Positions 13,640 through 27,146 of a stretch of DNA of 64,000 bases are shown here, piece after piece. The stretch is from Octopus sinensis (taxonomy: Eukaryota): NCBI RefSeq assembly GCF_006345805.1, contig NC_042999.1, positions 6,014,001 through 6,078,000 of the forward strand, written 5' to 3'. Position numbers and translations under genes: made by a program. The stretch's first letter is position 1; each line of letters begins with the position of its first letter. Below the pieces are notes generated by a model that worked only from the letters and a program-made list of their open reading frames with translations, ran no database searches and had not been told where the DNA came from.

Positions 13640-15420
13640 TATTATATATATATATATATAACACACACATTTTGCCTAAAGGTTGCAGTGGAATGCAACT
13701 CGAGTCGCGGGACAAAGTTGTGCGTGTGTGCGTCTGTGTGTGTGTTTGTGTGTGTATGTGTGTGTGCGTCTGTGTGTGCGTGTGCGTGTGTGTGTGTGCG
13801 TGTGTGTGTGTGTGTGTGTGCGTGCGTGTGTGTGTGTAGTGCAATGGGGATCAAATAGATCCTCTAAATTAACTGAGCAGCACCTCCACATATCTTTGAC
13901 TGACAGATATACTCTGAAAGAAAATATTCCAGGTGATTCAATTGGTCAGTACAACGGTCCATACAGAGCTAATCAGTCGCTTACTGGTCTTGGGTATCCC
14001 GCAAATCCGCGTATATACAAAACGTATAACTGGTACATATTACCGATGTATTATTTACTAAATGAAAATGAATGGATAGCTCTAAACATCATTACACGCG
14101 TTCCAATGGCCTGGTTAGTTATGATCAATACAAAGTGAATTGCATCGCATATTACATACCATTACGTAAAAACGGATTGTTGCGCAACCACTCCACTTCG
14201 TCAGGAGATATTCAATCGTCTTCCGGCGAAGTACAGTCAGACTATGGGGATAAACATATTTATAAACAAAACATGAATACGTTTGTATTACGTTAGGAAG
14301 AAAACCCTGATGCATTTCAAGCTGAGAAATAAATAAATGCATTTTTGGTCTTAATTGACATATTCAATCAAGATAACATTTCCTTTCATTATTGATGACA
14401 TAATCCTCTTTATTTGGCAAATTGTTGATCCCTCGGGCGTACAATTCCCCAAGTTTCAAAGCAAAGAAACACTCGATATCATTTTTAACCTCTTCACAAT
14501 TATTAAATTGTTTTCCCTCTAAATAACATTGCTATGATCCGAAAAGAAGTTGGTAAGAGTGAGCAAAATCAGGAGAGTAAGTGGGATGAGACAAACCTTC
14601 CATATTTAGCTCTGTAATCTTTTCTTGAGTGACTCAAGCAATTTGTGATCGTGACCAAGTTTAGTCACTCAATTTTTCATGAAAATATTTTACGATCGAA
14701 GTGTGACTTGAATTGAACTGTTTTGCTAATTTTTATGTAGTTTACTTTGAATTTTCTTCAACTAAAGTTTACCGAAGTTCGATATTTACAGAACTTGGTC
14801 GTCCAGATTGGATGGAATCTACGAGAGAAAAATTTCCCGAGCGAAATAGACCAAACCATCGTTGGGCATAGCCAGACACTTACTTACAGCTTCATTCCAG
14901 TAAACAGAACGAATGTTCCCAGTCACTTTCACTGCTAAAGAGCCCCTTTTGGTTTCATACAGCATGTAACGTCTGTTATAGGCCTGGTCTAAACTCATTT
15001 TAAAAGGGTGGAAATCGATATGAATTTAACCACAATGGTAAAAAGTAATCTGCAAAGAAAGGTGGGGGAAAACAATAGAATGTAAAAATTAATGTTTATT
15101 TTAGTGTAAATATTGAAAAAGTACATTCAAAAGGGTCAATCATGTCATAAATACAACAGAAATTTCATTCCAACGTAATGTCTGTCTATGTAGTGAAATA
15201 TAAATGAGTGGAGAGAGAAACCTCGCAGGAGGCAAGACTGTAGCGCAGAAGCAAAGGGCGATAAGTGAGGTAGAAATAAAGCAAAGGGCGATAAGTGAGG
15301 TAGAAATAAAGGCAGAGACAGCGAGTGACTTGCAGAGTGGAAGCCATGTTGCGGCTGCTGTTATTGTTTTTCTTATTATTTTTGTTATTGTTATTTCGTC
15401 CTGACTCGGTCTGGATAGAC

Positions 15421-15678
15421 TTACTCTCTCTTTTACTCTTTTACTTGTTTCAGTCATTTGACTGCGGCCATGCTGGGGCACCGCCTTTAGTCGAGCAATC
15501 GACCCTGGGACTTATTCTTTGTAAGCCCAGTACTTATTCTATCGGTCTCTTTTTTTTGCCGAACCGCTAAGTGACGGGGACGTAAACACACCAGCATCGG
15601 TTGTCAAGCAATGCTAGGGGGACAAACACAGACACACAAACACACACATACACATATATATATATATATATATATAAT

Positions 15679-15742
<64 letters not shown>

Positions 15743-15878
15743 ATACATATATACGACAGGCTTCTTTCAGTTTCCGTCTACCAAATCCACTCACAAGGCA
15801 TTGGTCGGCCCGGGGCTATAGCAGAAGACACTTGCCCAAGATGCCACGCAGTGGGACAGAACCCGGAACCATGTGGTA
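15421..15878 (-). mobile_element. tRNA-derived SINE family B (central (TA)n, GTAAAAGA tail), head truncated
   Basis: Matches the full-length copies at 36228-36624 and 59740-60532. Confidence 0.9.
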
Positions 15879-16159
15879 AAATCAAATGCCTTCCGGCCAT
15901 GACCATCCCTCTCTTCCAGGTATGATGCGCATCGGATTACACGGCTCAGTGTGTTCTTTTTTCAAAGAAACAAGAGTTTGATTTGAGGAGAATTTGACGG
16001 TCATCGAGAGATAATGTAGAAGTTTTCTGGTTGGCTCGTAAAAGATCGGAAGGAAGACAAATGTTGAGTTAGTGGGGGATGGGCATGTATGTAGAGAGTG
16101 GAAGGGAGAGGTATCTGGAGAGTGGGGTGAACATATCGATAATGAATTGGTGGAGGTGA

Positions 16160-16231
<72 letters not shown>

Positions 16232-16386
16232 GTAGATGTAGAGAGTGCGAATGAAAACTACGTCAAGTATTCAACGAGGGGGTGGGGCTGAAAGGTTCCT
16301 GGCTTTGGGGGTAAAAGAAAATACAGGAGGATCAGTTAATTATGATTTTATTGAACGTATTCCCCTCTCAGATTCACACACTTATT

Positions 16387-16597
16387 CTTTTCTACTCAAG
16401 GTACAAGGCCCGAAATTTTTGGCGAGGGGCCAGTCGATTAGATCGACCCCAATACGCAACTGGTGTTTAATTTAGCGACCCGAAAGATAAAAGGCAAAGT
16501 AGACCTCGGCGGAATTTGAACTCAGAACGTAACGGCAGACGAAATACCGCTACGCATTTCGCCCGGCGCGCTAACGATTCTGCCAGCTCGCCGCCTT
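16387..16597 (-). mobile_element. tRNA-derived SINE family A2
   Basis: A box TGGCAGAATCGTTAG and B box GAGTTCAAATTCC on the minus strand; 16-bp TSD GATTCACACACTTATT at 16371-16386 and 16598-16613. Confidence 0.92.
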
Positions 16598-16746
16598 GAT
16601 TCACACACTTATTGCAGCGGTCCTTCAATTTTTCTAAGCCTTGTAAAAGAACTCGGAAGGTTGGACCTCCAACCTGACCTTTCGCGATACCCTTAAAGCC
16701 AGGAACTTTTCAGCAGCCCCTCGTAGTAAAGCTGTTTTATTTTTTA

Positions 16747-17139
16747 CTAGCAGTATCGCCCGGCGTTGCTCGGGTTTGTAAGGGAAATAACTATATAAGC
16801 ATTTTTAGAGATGTAAAGTATAATAGCCATCTCAATATGGCTAACCACAAAGGGGGGTTGTTACTGTAGCTTTTTACGTTCTGAGATTTAATAATACATC
16901 TTTAGAGAGTTACTTCCCTTATATATACCAAAAATGCATTAAAAATGGGAAAAAATGATGGTAAATTTTTTTTAAAATCGTAGACTCATCGTAGACGCGC
17001 GCTAATACCCAGAAGGGCTCGATATGAATCACGACTATAAGATACCCGGTTTTGGTTAAACTGCACCGCAAAATGTGGGAGTAGTTAGGAATCTAAATCG
17101 TAGGAGACAGACACACAACTTCACTTTTATATATAAAGA
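16747..17139 (-). mobile_element. Non-autonomous Helitron-like element
   Basis: Minus strand starts TC and ends CTAG between host A and T; subterminal hairpin CCCGAGCAACGCCGGG 8 nt before CTAG; second copy at 51247-51644. Confidence 0.85.
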
Positions 17140-17430
17140 TTTTGTTCCATCCACTGAGTTGCTACCATGATGGGCTGCGAAATGAACGTGGCGGTATTAA
17201 TTGAGAAAATATTTTCCTCATCACCATCATCATCATCATAGTCATACTCGTCAGCAGCGCATCATCGTCGTCGTCGTGTCATCACGTGCCTTATACATCA
17301 TTTCCTCTATGTAGACGAGTGTATAGCGCTAACGCCGTAAAATCTTATTTAGCCCAGGGTCAGCTCTCTTCAACCAGATAAAAATATGATACAAAGCCTT
17401 CCTTTTTTAATCAGGTATAGTATACAAGAA

Positions 17431-17843
17431 GGCGGCGAGCTGGCAGAATCGTTAACACGCCGGGCGAAATGCATAGCCGTATTTCGTCTGTTGCTACGTT
17501 CTGTGTTCAAATTCCGCCGAGGTCGACTTTGCCTTTCATCCTTTCGGGGTCGATAAATTAAGTACCAGTTACGCACTGGAGTCGATATATTCGACTTAAT
17601 CCCTTTGTCTGTCCTTGATTGTCCTCTCTGTGTTTATCCCCTTGTGGGTAGTAAAGAAATAGGTATTTCGTCTGTCTTTATGTTCTGAGTTCAAATTCCG
17701 CCGAGGTCCACTTTGTCTTTCATCCTTTCGGGGTCGATAAATTAAGTACCAGTTACGCACTGGGGTCGATATAATCGACTTAATCCGTTTGTCTGTCCTT
17801 GATTGTCCTCTCTGTGTTTAGCCCCTTGGGGTAGTAAAGAAGT
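17431..17843 (+). mobile_element. SINE family A, tandem dimer
   Basis: GGCGGCGAGCTGGCAGAATCGTT head; two bodies joined at AAAGAAATAGG|TATTTCGTC; ~18-bp TSD AGGTATAGTATAC(C)AAGAA. Confidence 0.93.
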
Positions 17844-19039
17844 AGGTATAGTATACCAAGAACTATATTAACCAATGTATCCTTTATTTTTGCTAGAGTT
17901 GGCTATCTTTTGAGGGTTATTTGGTTGATAATTCTCGTTGGTCGAGAATGCCATTAAACTTGAAATGAAATCGGTCCCTGATTCCGTTCTTTCATTTCCT
18001 AGAGTCAATATCTGGAACTTGGGGAGGTCCTGTGTTATGTCGCACGTTCAGATGTCTCTACTCAACACTACTCTCGACTCTAGTCTACTCTGACGTCTAG
18101 ACTTCTCCTTCTACATCTACGTATTGGGCTAGCCTGCTTCATCGTCTGGAGGCGTCCATACAACATTCTGTTAGGCTGTGTTTCTATTCAATACGCAAAT
18201 CGAAAGCAAACCCTTCAAGCGAAATTATATAGACTAAAAAGCAAGAATCCCAAACAAATGAGAGATAAACGTTCGTAAATACCGAAACCCTCAAACACAT
18301 ACGAAACCGCCTTTAGGCAACATTTATTAAATTAGAGAAAGAACTGAATTATGTATTTGTACGGATCTTGAAAAAAAACACTTTTATGAACTAATTTTTT
18401 CTAGTTTCTTTGCACAATTTCTCACATGGCGCCAGATATCTCACTTTCCATCGGATATAAGACTTTGGCCTGATAAACAGTAGTCCCCAATAATAATATA
18501 AACACACCACAATGTTCTTGTGTTATTGGAATGGCGGGGGAGGGGGTTACTATTCTGCTTTGTTGTTTTTGTTGTTGTTTTTACTAAAATCAAACCAAAC
18601 TACAGTTCCAGTTGTTAGAACTAGTGTACCGTCAGAACTAATAATGAATTGGTTCATATCAATTGCAAAAGTTGATGACATACGGAAATGAATTTTGGGA
18701 AGCCCATTATATCTGACAAATAGGATAGTGTCTGTTTGTCGTGTGTGGTAAAACAATATTTCTACGTCCGCATGTTTGTGTGGCTAATGTCTCCTTTCAA
18801 GTGTGATTATGTAGTTATGAGATCCCAACTATGCGTAATAAATCGCAAGGAATGCCTTAATTAAAATATACAGCATATGTTGTTCTAGCATTCCAACTCT
18901 TGTTTGCTTTCAAAATGTGAAAGTTCAGTTGCCCTTTTTTAAACTATATAAATAGTTATGCTCTTCTGTATCAAAGTAAAACTGTTTTCCCTTCTATATC
19001 AAACTATATAGACAATACATTCATAGTATACTATATATA

Positions 19040-19447
19040 TTTCTTTATTGACCACAAGGGGCTAAACATAAAGGGGACAAACAAGGAGAGACAAAGGGAT
19101 TAAGTCGATTACATCGACCCCAGTGCGTAACTGGTACTTAATTTGTCGGCCCCGAAGGGATGAAAGGCAAAGTCGACCTCCGCGGAATTTGAACTCACAA
19201 CGTAACGGCAGACGAAATACGTATTTCTTTACTACCCACAAGGGGCTAAACACAGAGAGGACAAACAAGGACAGACAAAGGGATTAAGTCGATTACATCG
19301 ACCCCAGTGCGTAACTTGTACTTTATTTATCGGCCCCGAAGGGATGAAAGGCAAAGTCGACCTCGGCGGAATTTGAACTCACAACGTAACGACAGACGGC
19401 TATGCATTTCGCCTGGCGTGCTAACGTTTCTGCCAGCTCGCCGCCTT
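19040..19447 (-). mobile_element. SINE family A, tandem dimer
   Basis: Same head, body and internal junction as 17431-17843; TATACTATATATA on both sides. Confidence 0.92.
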
Positions 19448-19494
19448 CAATAATATACTATATATAAATAACATATTATTAGTATATTATATGT

Positions 19495-20106
19495 TGTTGT
19501 GTTGTGTTCTTGAGCAAGGCACTTTATTTCACGTTGCTCCAGTTCACTCAGCTGTAGAAATGAGTTGCGACGTCACTGCTGCCAAGCTGTATCGACCTTT
19601 GTCTTTCCCTTGGATAACACTGGTGGTGTGGAGAGGGGAGGCTGGTATGCATGGGCGACTGCTGGTCTTCCATAAACAACCTTGCCCGGACTTGTGTCTA
19701 GGAGGGTAACTTTCTAGGTGCAATCCCAGGGTCATTCATGACCGAAGGGGGTCTTTACCCTTTATATGTAAATTATACGGTGAAGGCGCATGGAGCAGTG
19801 GTTACAGGGTCGCTTTTACAATCGTGAGATTGTGAGTTCCATTCCTGGACTGCGTGTTGCGTTCTTCAGCAAGACACTCTCAGTGAGTTGCGACATCACT
19901 GGTGTAAATCTGCATCAGTTTTTGCCTTTCCCTTGGACAGCATCGGTGGATTGGAAAATGGGCGGCTGCTGGTCTTCTACAACATTGGTGGATTGGAAAA
20001 TGGAGGCACGGTATGTATGGGTGACTGGTGGTCTTCTACAAACACCCTTGCCTGAACTTGTGCTACAGAGGGGAACATTCTAGGAAATCGAAGGGGTTTT
20101 TTACCC
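19495..20106 (+). mobile_element. Two adjacent copies of SINE family D (first 5'-truncated, second with a tRNA-like head at ~19781)
   Basis: Both contain GAGTTGCGAC.TCACTG, TTTCCCTTGGA, GGTCTTC.A.AAACA.CCTTGCC and end in GAAGGGG...TTTACCCT. Confidence 0.75.
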
Positions 20107-20174
20107 TATGTAGATAATATATATAATATCTAGTGTACAGATAATGTATTTAGTTATATATCACACGCGTATAC

Positions 20175-20243
<69 letters not shown>

Positions 20244-21124
20244 TATCTTCTTGACTGAAGATTAGAGACTTTGAATGACCCGTCCGTTTTTGTGTCGTCT
20301 ATTTGACTGTTTTGCGTTCTTGTCCCATTTTGTATTTTTATATATATTTTTTATACATACATACATACATATATATATATATAAACCATGAAGAAGGGGG
20401 AGGGGGAGAGAGAGAGTGAAGAATGAGAGAGAGGAAGAGACAAGTTAAGTAGAGGAAAAGGAGAACAAGAATGAAGGCTGAGAAAGGGATGGGACAAAAA
20501 GGTAATGAGTGCGCGTGAGAGTTAATATCAAGAACAAAATCTTGATATAAAGAACAATCTTAATTAAGGGGATGCGTGCGTTTCGTCATATATATATAAT
20601 AAATAAAATAAAAATATGCATATATAAACATATATGTACGTACCTACCTCTACATGTACACATACACGCATATATGAGTACAGGACACCAAAGGGACGTC
20701 GAACACAATGAGAGACGGAAACAGACACAAACCAAAGGAACTGGACATCAGGCAGTTTCTAGCAATAAGAAGGCATAAAAATCCTCAAATTTAGGTTGAA
20801 AACCCTGTGTGTGTGTGTATGTGTGTGCGTATGCATGCATGCATATATATATATATATATATAAATTTAAAATGAGAGTGAGAAATTAGATAGTAATTTA
20901 ATTAACATCGATTTCACACCAGTGGTCTAGCATATAAAAAAACTGAAGGTTCAGTAAAATTGCATTATATACATATGAGAGGGAAACCACTATGTGGACA
21001 CCATATGCTACAAATAGATCCGCTATGGTCTTGCCACTAAAAAATGTTCTCTGAATTTCCTTGAGAACATTTTTAGTGTAAGACCATAGTGTCCACATAG
21101 TGGTTTCCCTCTAATATGTATGTA

Positions 21125-21198
<74 letters not shown>

Positions 21199-21200
21199 AA

Positions 21201-22749
21201 CAGGGTCTTGCAGATAAAATGAGACAATCTTTTACGATACATAAACTGGTTATAAATACTAAACTTTTGGTAATAGATATAATTTTATTGTAACATTTAT
21301 TACACGAAAATATTTATCACTCAATATGGCCTCTCTTTTGGGCAATTACTACCTCCACACGAGAACGAAATCTTTTTGCACCAGCAGCAAATTCCGCCTT
21401 TTTGGATTTTGCATGTTGCACGCTCGATGCAGGTCTTCAAACTGTTGACACTAGAGTGTGCTGAAGGATTGGTCCTTGCTTCAAGTACGCCTCATAAAAA
21501 GTAATAGAGAAAGCTGAGATTTGGGCTATTAGTCGGCCACATGCTGGGCCTCACAAAAAAATGGCGCCTTCTCACCAAGGAAGGCCTGTGTTGATTTTGA
21601 CCCTTGGCATGGTACAGAATGTGGAGGCGCGTGACATAGTGGTTAGGCTGTCAGCACCATGATCGTAAGATTGTGGTTTCGATTCCTGGACCGGGCGACG
21701 CGTTGTGTTCTTGAGTAAAAACACTTCATTTCATGTTGCTCTAGTCCACTCATCTGGCAAAAATAAGTAACGCTGCGATGGATTGGCGTCCCGTCCAACT
21801 GGGGAGCACATACGCCATAGAAACCGGGAAACCAGGCCCATGAGCTTGGCTAGGCTTTAAAAGGGCGCATTTACTTTTTTATGGTACAGAATTCTGGGTA
21901 AGCACCATATTGTCGAGCCCAAACTTCTGCTCCATTCAAGGTAACCGAGAGTTCTTCAGGATGTCCAGATACTCCTTTGTGCCGATCCTTCAAGCCAGAT
22001 TCAATGAAGTGTGGATCCATGACATTTCCATCAATCGGCACAGCTCCAAATACCATCACAGAGGCAGGATTCTTAGTCTCAAACACAGACGAGACGTTAG
22101 AAGGGTTGCATGCAATCACTCGAGAATTTCTGAGATTCACCTCAGCGTCAACAGTGAACTCCTTCTCGTCCACAAACACGAGAGCTTTCCATGCATCTTG
22201 ATGCTTGACGAATAACAGAAGCTTTGGGCATCTTTTGCCTCTGGTTGCTTTGGTCTTGGCTGTTAGGAAGTGACGGCGTTGTCGAACATAAATAGTTCCT
22301 TTTCACAGCTCTGGACACTGCAGAAAGGGACACATTGCGTTTCTTCGCAAGAGTTGTCATGGATATGGATGGATTGGCTTCAATCGAGCCTTTGAGGCCA
22401 GCGAGAGACTTTGTATTGCGTTGGGAACCACTTCGAGTCTTGTGTTCTTTTCTATCAATTTTTCCCTCTTCTTTAAATTCTTTATACACACGATAAACTG
22501 TTGCTTTTGGAGGTTCCGTCAGCCTTACAATTTGATTGGCAGTGTTGCCCGACGCGCGTCAAAATAACACTGGCAGAACAATTCTGTTGTCCCATGACTT
22601 TCTGTTGTCGAATCAGTTCGTTATTTTCCTGAAAAATAAAGTGGAAGAGGATTAGATTTTCAAGTAAGCAAGGTTTTATCAAAAAATAAAATGTTAAACT
22701 CACTAAGTCAACTGCTTAAAATTGGTCTCAGTTCATCTGCAAGATCCCG
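21201..22749 (-). mobile_element. Full-length decayed Tc1/mariner transposon, DD37D (maT-like), interrupted by a SINE
   Basis: Imperfect TIRs CAGGGTCTTGCAGATAAAATGAGAC and CGGGATCTTGCAGATGAACTGAGAC, TA on the right flank; frameshifted transposase with FVDEKEFTVD, KNPASVMVFG, MWPTNSPNL; 37-residue spacing after manual reconstruction. Confidence 0.88.
21621..21880 (+). mobile_element. tRNA-derived SINE family E with a V-domain-like segment
   Basis: Head GGAGGCGCGTGACATAGTGGTTAG...GGTTTCGATTCC; TGCGATGGATTGGCGTCCCGTCCA resembles the V-SINE domain (from recall); 12-bp TSD ATGGTACAGAAT at 21609-21620 and 21881-21892. Confidence 0.88.
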
Positions 22750-22790
22750 TAGGTATACATATGTGTGTGTGTGTGTGTGTGCGTGTGTGT

Positions 22791-22842
<52 letters not shown>

Positions 22843-22844
<2 letters not shown>

Positions 22845-23149
22845 AGACGCAATGGCCCAGTGGTTAAGGCAGCGGACTCGCGGTCGTAGGATCGCAGTTT
22901 CGATTCTCAGACGAGGTGTTGTGAGTGTTTATTGAGCGAAAACACCTAAAGCTCCACGAGGCTCCGGCAGGGGGGGGGCGATCCCTGCTGTACTCTTTCG
23001 CCCCAATTTTCTCTCACTCTTTCTTCTGTTGGCCTGTTCGCTTAGCCAGTGGAGTGGCGTCATTTGAAGGCTAAAACAATGCGAAGTGCATTGTGACCGG
23101 CGATGTGTAGCAACATCTGATAGCCTGGTTGGTCACAGTGATCACGGTG

Positions 23150-23150
<1 letters not shown>
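22843..23150 (+). mobile_element. tRNA-derived SINE family C, tail type 1
   Basis: Head GGAGACGCAATGGCCCAGTGGTTAAGGCAGCGGACTCGCGG...GTTTCGATTC; 5' half shared with 37483-37870 and 38820-39207. Confidence 0.85.
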
Positions 23151-23198
<48 letters not shown>

Positions 23199-23879
23199 AA
23201 TATTTTAACCATTTGTTGTTCGTATTGCCTGTATGGCTTATATTCGTTAATACTATCCTAACAATGAATGTTAAATATGACCGACAGTTTTCAGTGTATT
23301 TCAATGGAAATTCCTCACTTCTGTTGAGAGCACATTTTCCAAGTACAGAGACACCTAACGTCTATTTCGTGGTTTAATTCACAATTGAGATATAGAAGGA
23401 AATAAAACAATTTCCGTGGGTCGTCTTTTGAATTCCAACAACGAGAAGGAAAAGTCCATGGCTATTGGAGCGCTCCACTATTTTTCTGCTTCGTTTCATG
23501 ACTGCGTGAGTAAAAGCAATTAGGAAACTTTATTTTAATTACAAAATAATTTCATTTGTTTTATTATAAGTTTCATTGAACAGATATAATCTACGAGCAT
23601 TTATAAATCAAATATATCAACTCAGATAATCCTCGACGAAATTCTCTTTGGATTCTGATAATTTTACTGGTATTCGACAACTGAACTTATTTTTAGAATA
23701 ATCCAAGACATTTTTCTGCCGGTTCCTTCGACGACTGTACAAGGGCTAATTTACATTATTAGTGCCTCGTGGACAGAAGGTATTCTTAACAAATGGCTGT
23801 TGGTTTCGCGTTTATTCCTCAAAGCAGATTAGAGATAAATGACAAAACACCAATTTCTGCAAACAATATTTGCATGTGG

Positions 23880-24090
23880 TAAGGAAGTGAGCTGGCAGAA
23901 TCGTTAGCACACCTGGCAAAATGCCTAGCCGACATTTCACCCGTCTTTATGTTCTGGGTTCTGCCACCGGGTCGACTTTGCCTTTCAATTCTTTGGGGTC
24001 AATAAAAGAAGTACCAGTTGAGTACTGGGGTTGATTTTATCAACTTAGCCACTTCCCGAAATTGCTGGCCTTGTACCAAAATTTGAAACC
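23880..24090 (+). mobile_element. SINE family A2, diverged
   Basis: GAGCTGGCAGAATCGTTAGCAC head; GAAATTGCTGGCCTTGTACCAAAATTTGAAAC tail. Confidence 0.8.
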
Positions 24091-25452
24091 AACATTGACA
24101 CGTGGTATCAGGTAATATATTTTGAAAATAATTTTTGGTATTGAGAAAAACTATAAATTAAATTGTCCCAACACACATACAGTAGGTTTGAACTCATGAC
24201 CTGCTATATTATATCCATATGGCCATTTCGTGTATTTGCTGGTATTATTACGAAGAAAAATTCTCCTCTTAAAGTATATGGCCATGACATGAAGTCATTT
24301 ATTTGTGAAAGTAATTTTTGGAAATATCTGAATAGTCGGACATTTAAGACAACATTCGAAAGAAAGCGGCTTAAAAATTACAAGTTTCAGGAATGATTAA
24401 CGAGCGGTTGAGGCTGCTATTAATTGTCTGACTCAGTGGAGTTTGTACGCTGGGTCGGACTAAACAGCAAAAAACATTTGAATACTGGAAATGTTGTACT
24501 AGACTGGACAGAACCTCTTTTTAATGGCGTTGTACTGAAATTCTGCCGTTGTGCTTTAATCCTAAATACCAAAATACCAACCACTAGTGACTCTCTGATT
24601 ACAATAATTAGGTATCTGTATCGTAAATATTATCCAGCTGTGTATCACTGGACGACGACTCCTGCTCTATATTCAATACACTAAACATACATTTGAACAA
24701 CTTAAATAAAGAAGGCCGTGGCAGAGTTTAGCCTTTGTTTGTTTGTTTGTTTGTTTGTTGTGGTTGAAATAAGCTTTTGTTTCTGTTTTGAAAATGGTGA
24801 AAAATATTTCAACAATTTTAATTATTTTTCTCTATGAAGACAATGCAGTAGAATATCGGAGATGGCGCTGTTGTATCAGGAATATACACATACATATAAA
24901 CATGCATTTATATTGACATGGGTGTATGTATATATACATACATATAAACATACATTTATATTGATACGGTTGCATATATGCATTCGTATAAACATATTAG
25001 GCTTGTTTTCGGGTGTGATATGTTCGAGGTGAAAAGCAAAGTATCGAGTTGTCTGCCCTTGTTGTACTGTTTAAATGTCCTTTTCGAAGTTAGAGCTTTA
25101 CTATAAATACTATTTTGCAGCTATAAGTTAACACTATTTGTTTAATCTTATGTGGCTTCGCGTAGTAATAAGCTGGTGGATTCCCTGACAACGTTTATAT
25201 TCTTAACTCTGTGGACAACGCCGAATTAAATCGTACTTCCCACGTGTCGAAACCACAATGATATCCGTTTGGGCAGCTGATGATCGGAATACACATGTCA
25301 TGCTCGGTTATGAATTTCTTATATCTTAGACTCCTTATTCTGGGTTGTCCTTCATTCTGTGGTTGTATGAAGAGGTATTGGGGTGGGGGGCTGTATGATT
25401 TGCTGATTGCGTTTCTAAGAAGTCTTGCATGCGTCGAAGTATTTGTTTCATA

Positions 25453-26307
25453 TAAAGGATGCGATGAGTAAATTGTCGCCATTGTATATTTTCAATTTCG
25501 CGCATGCGTTTGTTCTTGATTTTGTCGACTACACAGTATAGTAAGGTCAGTTGGGCACTGTCTGAGAGAAAACCAGCACCATGACGTAATTCACTATCCC
25601 AGAAATTCAGAAACTACATGCTGTACTACTTGGCATTCGCGCTGGAATCGCCATTACGAACATTTCAGAGTATTTGGGTATCAATCTGAGAGCATGTACC
25701 GAGAGTGATAAAAATCAAGCCTCCAGTCAACATCATTGTTTTTGGAGTGATCACTAACGATGGCGACGTTATGCCTCCATTCATCTTCCCACGCGTCCTC
25801 AGATTCAACACGGAGGCCTACATCAAATACCTGAAGGAGGTAGTACTGCTCTGGGTCAAGAGGGTGGCTGCTGGAAGACCCTATGTCCGGCAACAGGACT
25901 CTGCACCATGCCACACAAATATGAGAACCCAGTCATGGTTGTCAGACAATTTCTGCGGCCACATCACCCCTAACATCTGGCCACCAACTCCCCAGACTGC
26001 AACCCCTTGATTATTATATGCGGGGCACAGTTGAGCGAGAGACCAACAAAACTCCTTGTAACACCAAAGATGAACTGAAGACAAGGATTATGGCAGCATT
26101 CACCAACTTAAACAAGGAGACCATCCAGAAGAGTTGCAGGAGATTCCGAAGTCGTCTGGAGGCTGTGGTTGAAGCCAACGGCGATTTTATTGAATAAATT
26201 TACTCTTTAATATTTCAAGATATTTCTGTGTAATTTTGTTAAAATGAGATGTCAATGTTACTTTCCTTTTTGCGTAATTTAGACGACAGTTTATTCACCG
26301 CACACAG
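25453..26307 (+). mobile_element. Internally deleted Tc1/mariner DD37D (maT-like) transposon
   Basis: Degenerate TIRs with TA flanks; N-terminal HAVLLGIRAG fused to PVNIIVFGVI; QQDSAPCH...WPPNSPDCNPLDY gives D-x37-D after repairing two 1-nt deletions; ends SRLEAVVEANGDFIE*. Confidence 0.87.
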
Positions 26308-26909
26308 TATATTCTTTAGTTTCTCTTGAAGAATATGTACTTTAGGTGATTGCTTCCATTTTGAAATGTAATTGTTTAAAACTTAAGGAAGGGGTTAGAA
26401 CTATGGCGAAAACTTACCTTCTTTGCGATGTTCATTGGGTCAGCTTCAAAGTTTTCAAGGTCCATTATCTGAGGAGGACAGTTTCGGGATTTAAAGTCGA
26501 AACTGTCTGCGTCTGTGGCGGTGGACGGGTTCTCAAAGAAAGCCTTCCAGAGCACACCCTTAATGACTCTTTCCGTTCTGTCGACGAAGCGCGTTAAGTA
26601 AAGTTGTTGTGTGTTTTTTTTTTGTTTTTTTTTTTTGGGGCTATGAAGATATTATCCAAAGAGTATGTTACAAAAAGCTATACATTTAATAGTCTTGAAA
26701 GCTAAAGACTGTCTGACTAAGACATGAAATGTAAAATGATACCTGTATCAATATTAGTTTGATTTGCTTCAAGCGCGCGCGTAAGTACGAACATATTAAT
26801 ATAAATGTACACACATATATCTTTACATACAGACATACACGCACACACATATTTGTACGTACATACATATTACATGCATAAATACAAGAATAAAAGTGAA
26901 ACAATATTA

Positions 26910-27131
26910 TATCTCATTACAATATAAAACTTATTCTTTCGCTTTCGACACGTAATGCCGAACCAGTGACAATGCTGCGTTGTTTTATTCCAAATGAAAA
27001 ATAAATGACATGTTGACACTCACGGGGTCTGATAGTATTACCATGTAAAATTTGATTTGATTTAGTCGAGCCATTTGAGAATGCATAGGGGACAAACAGA
27101 CAGGCAAAGAATTTAATATAGAGAGAGATTA
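26910..27131 (-). mobile_element. Probable 5' fragment of a non-autonomous Helitron-like element
   Basis: A|TCTCTCTCTATATTAAATT start on the minus strand followed by TGTCTGTTTGTCC, as in the other Helitron-like copies; no 3' CTAG end seen. Confidence 0.4.
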
Positions 27132-27146
27132 CACAGACAACCATTG

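Noticed and set aside
14190-14225. CTGACGA motif on the minus strand as a possible hammerhead
   Set aside because: No credible stem I or II, and GAAA reads GCAA
17431-17510. tRNA genes at SINE heads (also 21621, 22843, 36228 and others)
   Set aside because: A and B boxes are present, but they run into SINE bodies and tails with TSDs and lack a complete cloverleaf
20250-20290. CTGAAGA...GAATGACCCGTC beside (TA)n as a possible hammerhead
   Set aside because: Stems cannot be placed in register and A15.1 is missing; it may still be a decayed PLE-LTR fragment
25195-25482. 95-aa minus-strand ORF MATIYSSHPL
   Set aside because: No recognisable motif, and its start overlaps the left TIR of the DD37D element
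26468-26515. CTGAGGA followed by GAAAC and GTC
   Set aside because: No stem I; the segment instead forms a simple 10-bp hairpin GACAGTTTCG/CGAAACTGTC
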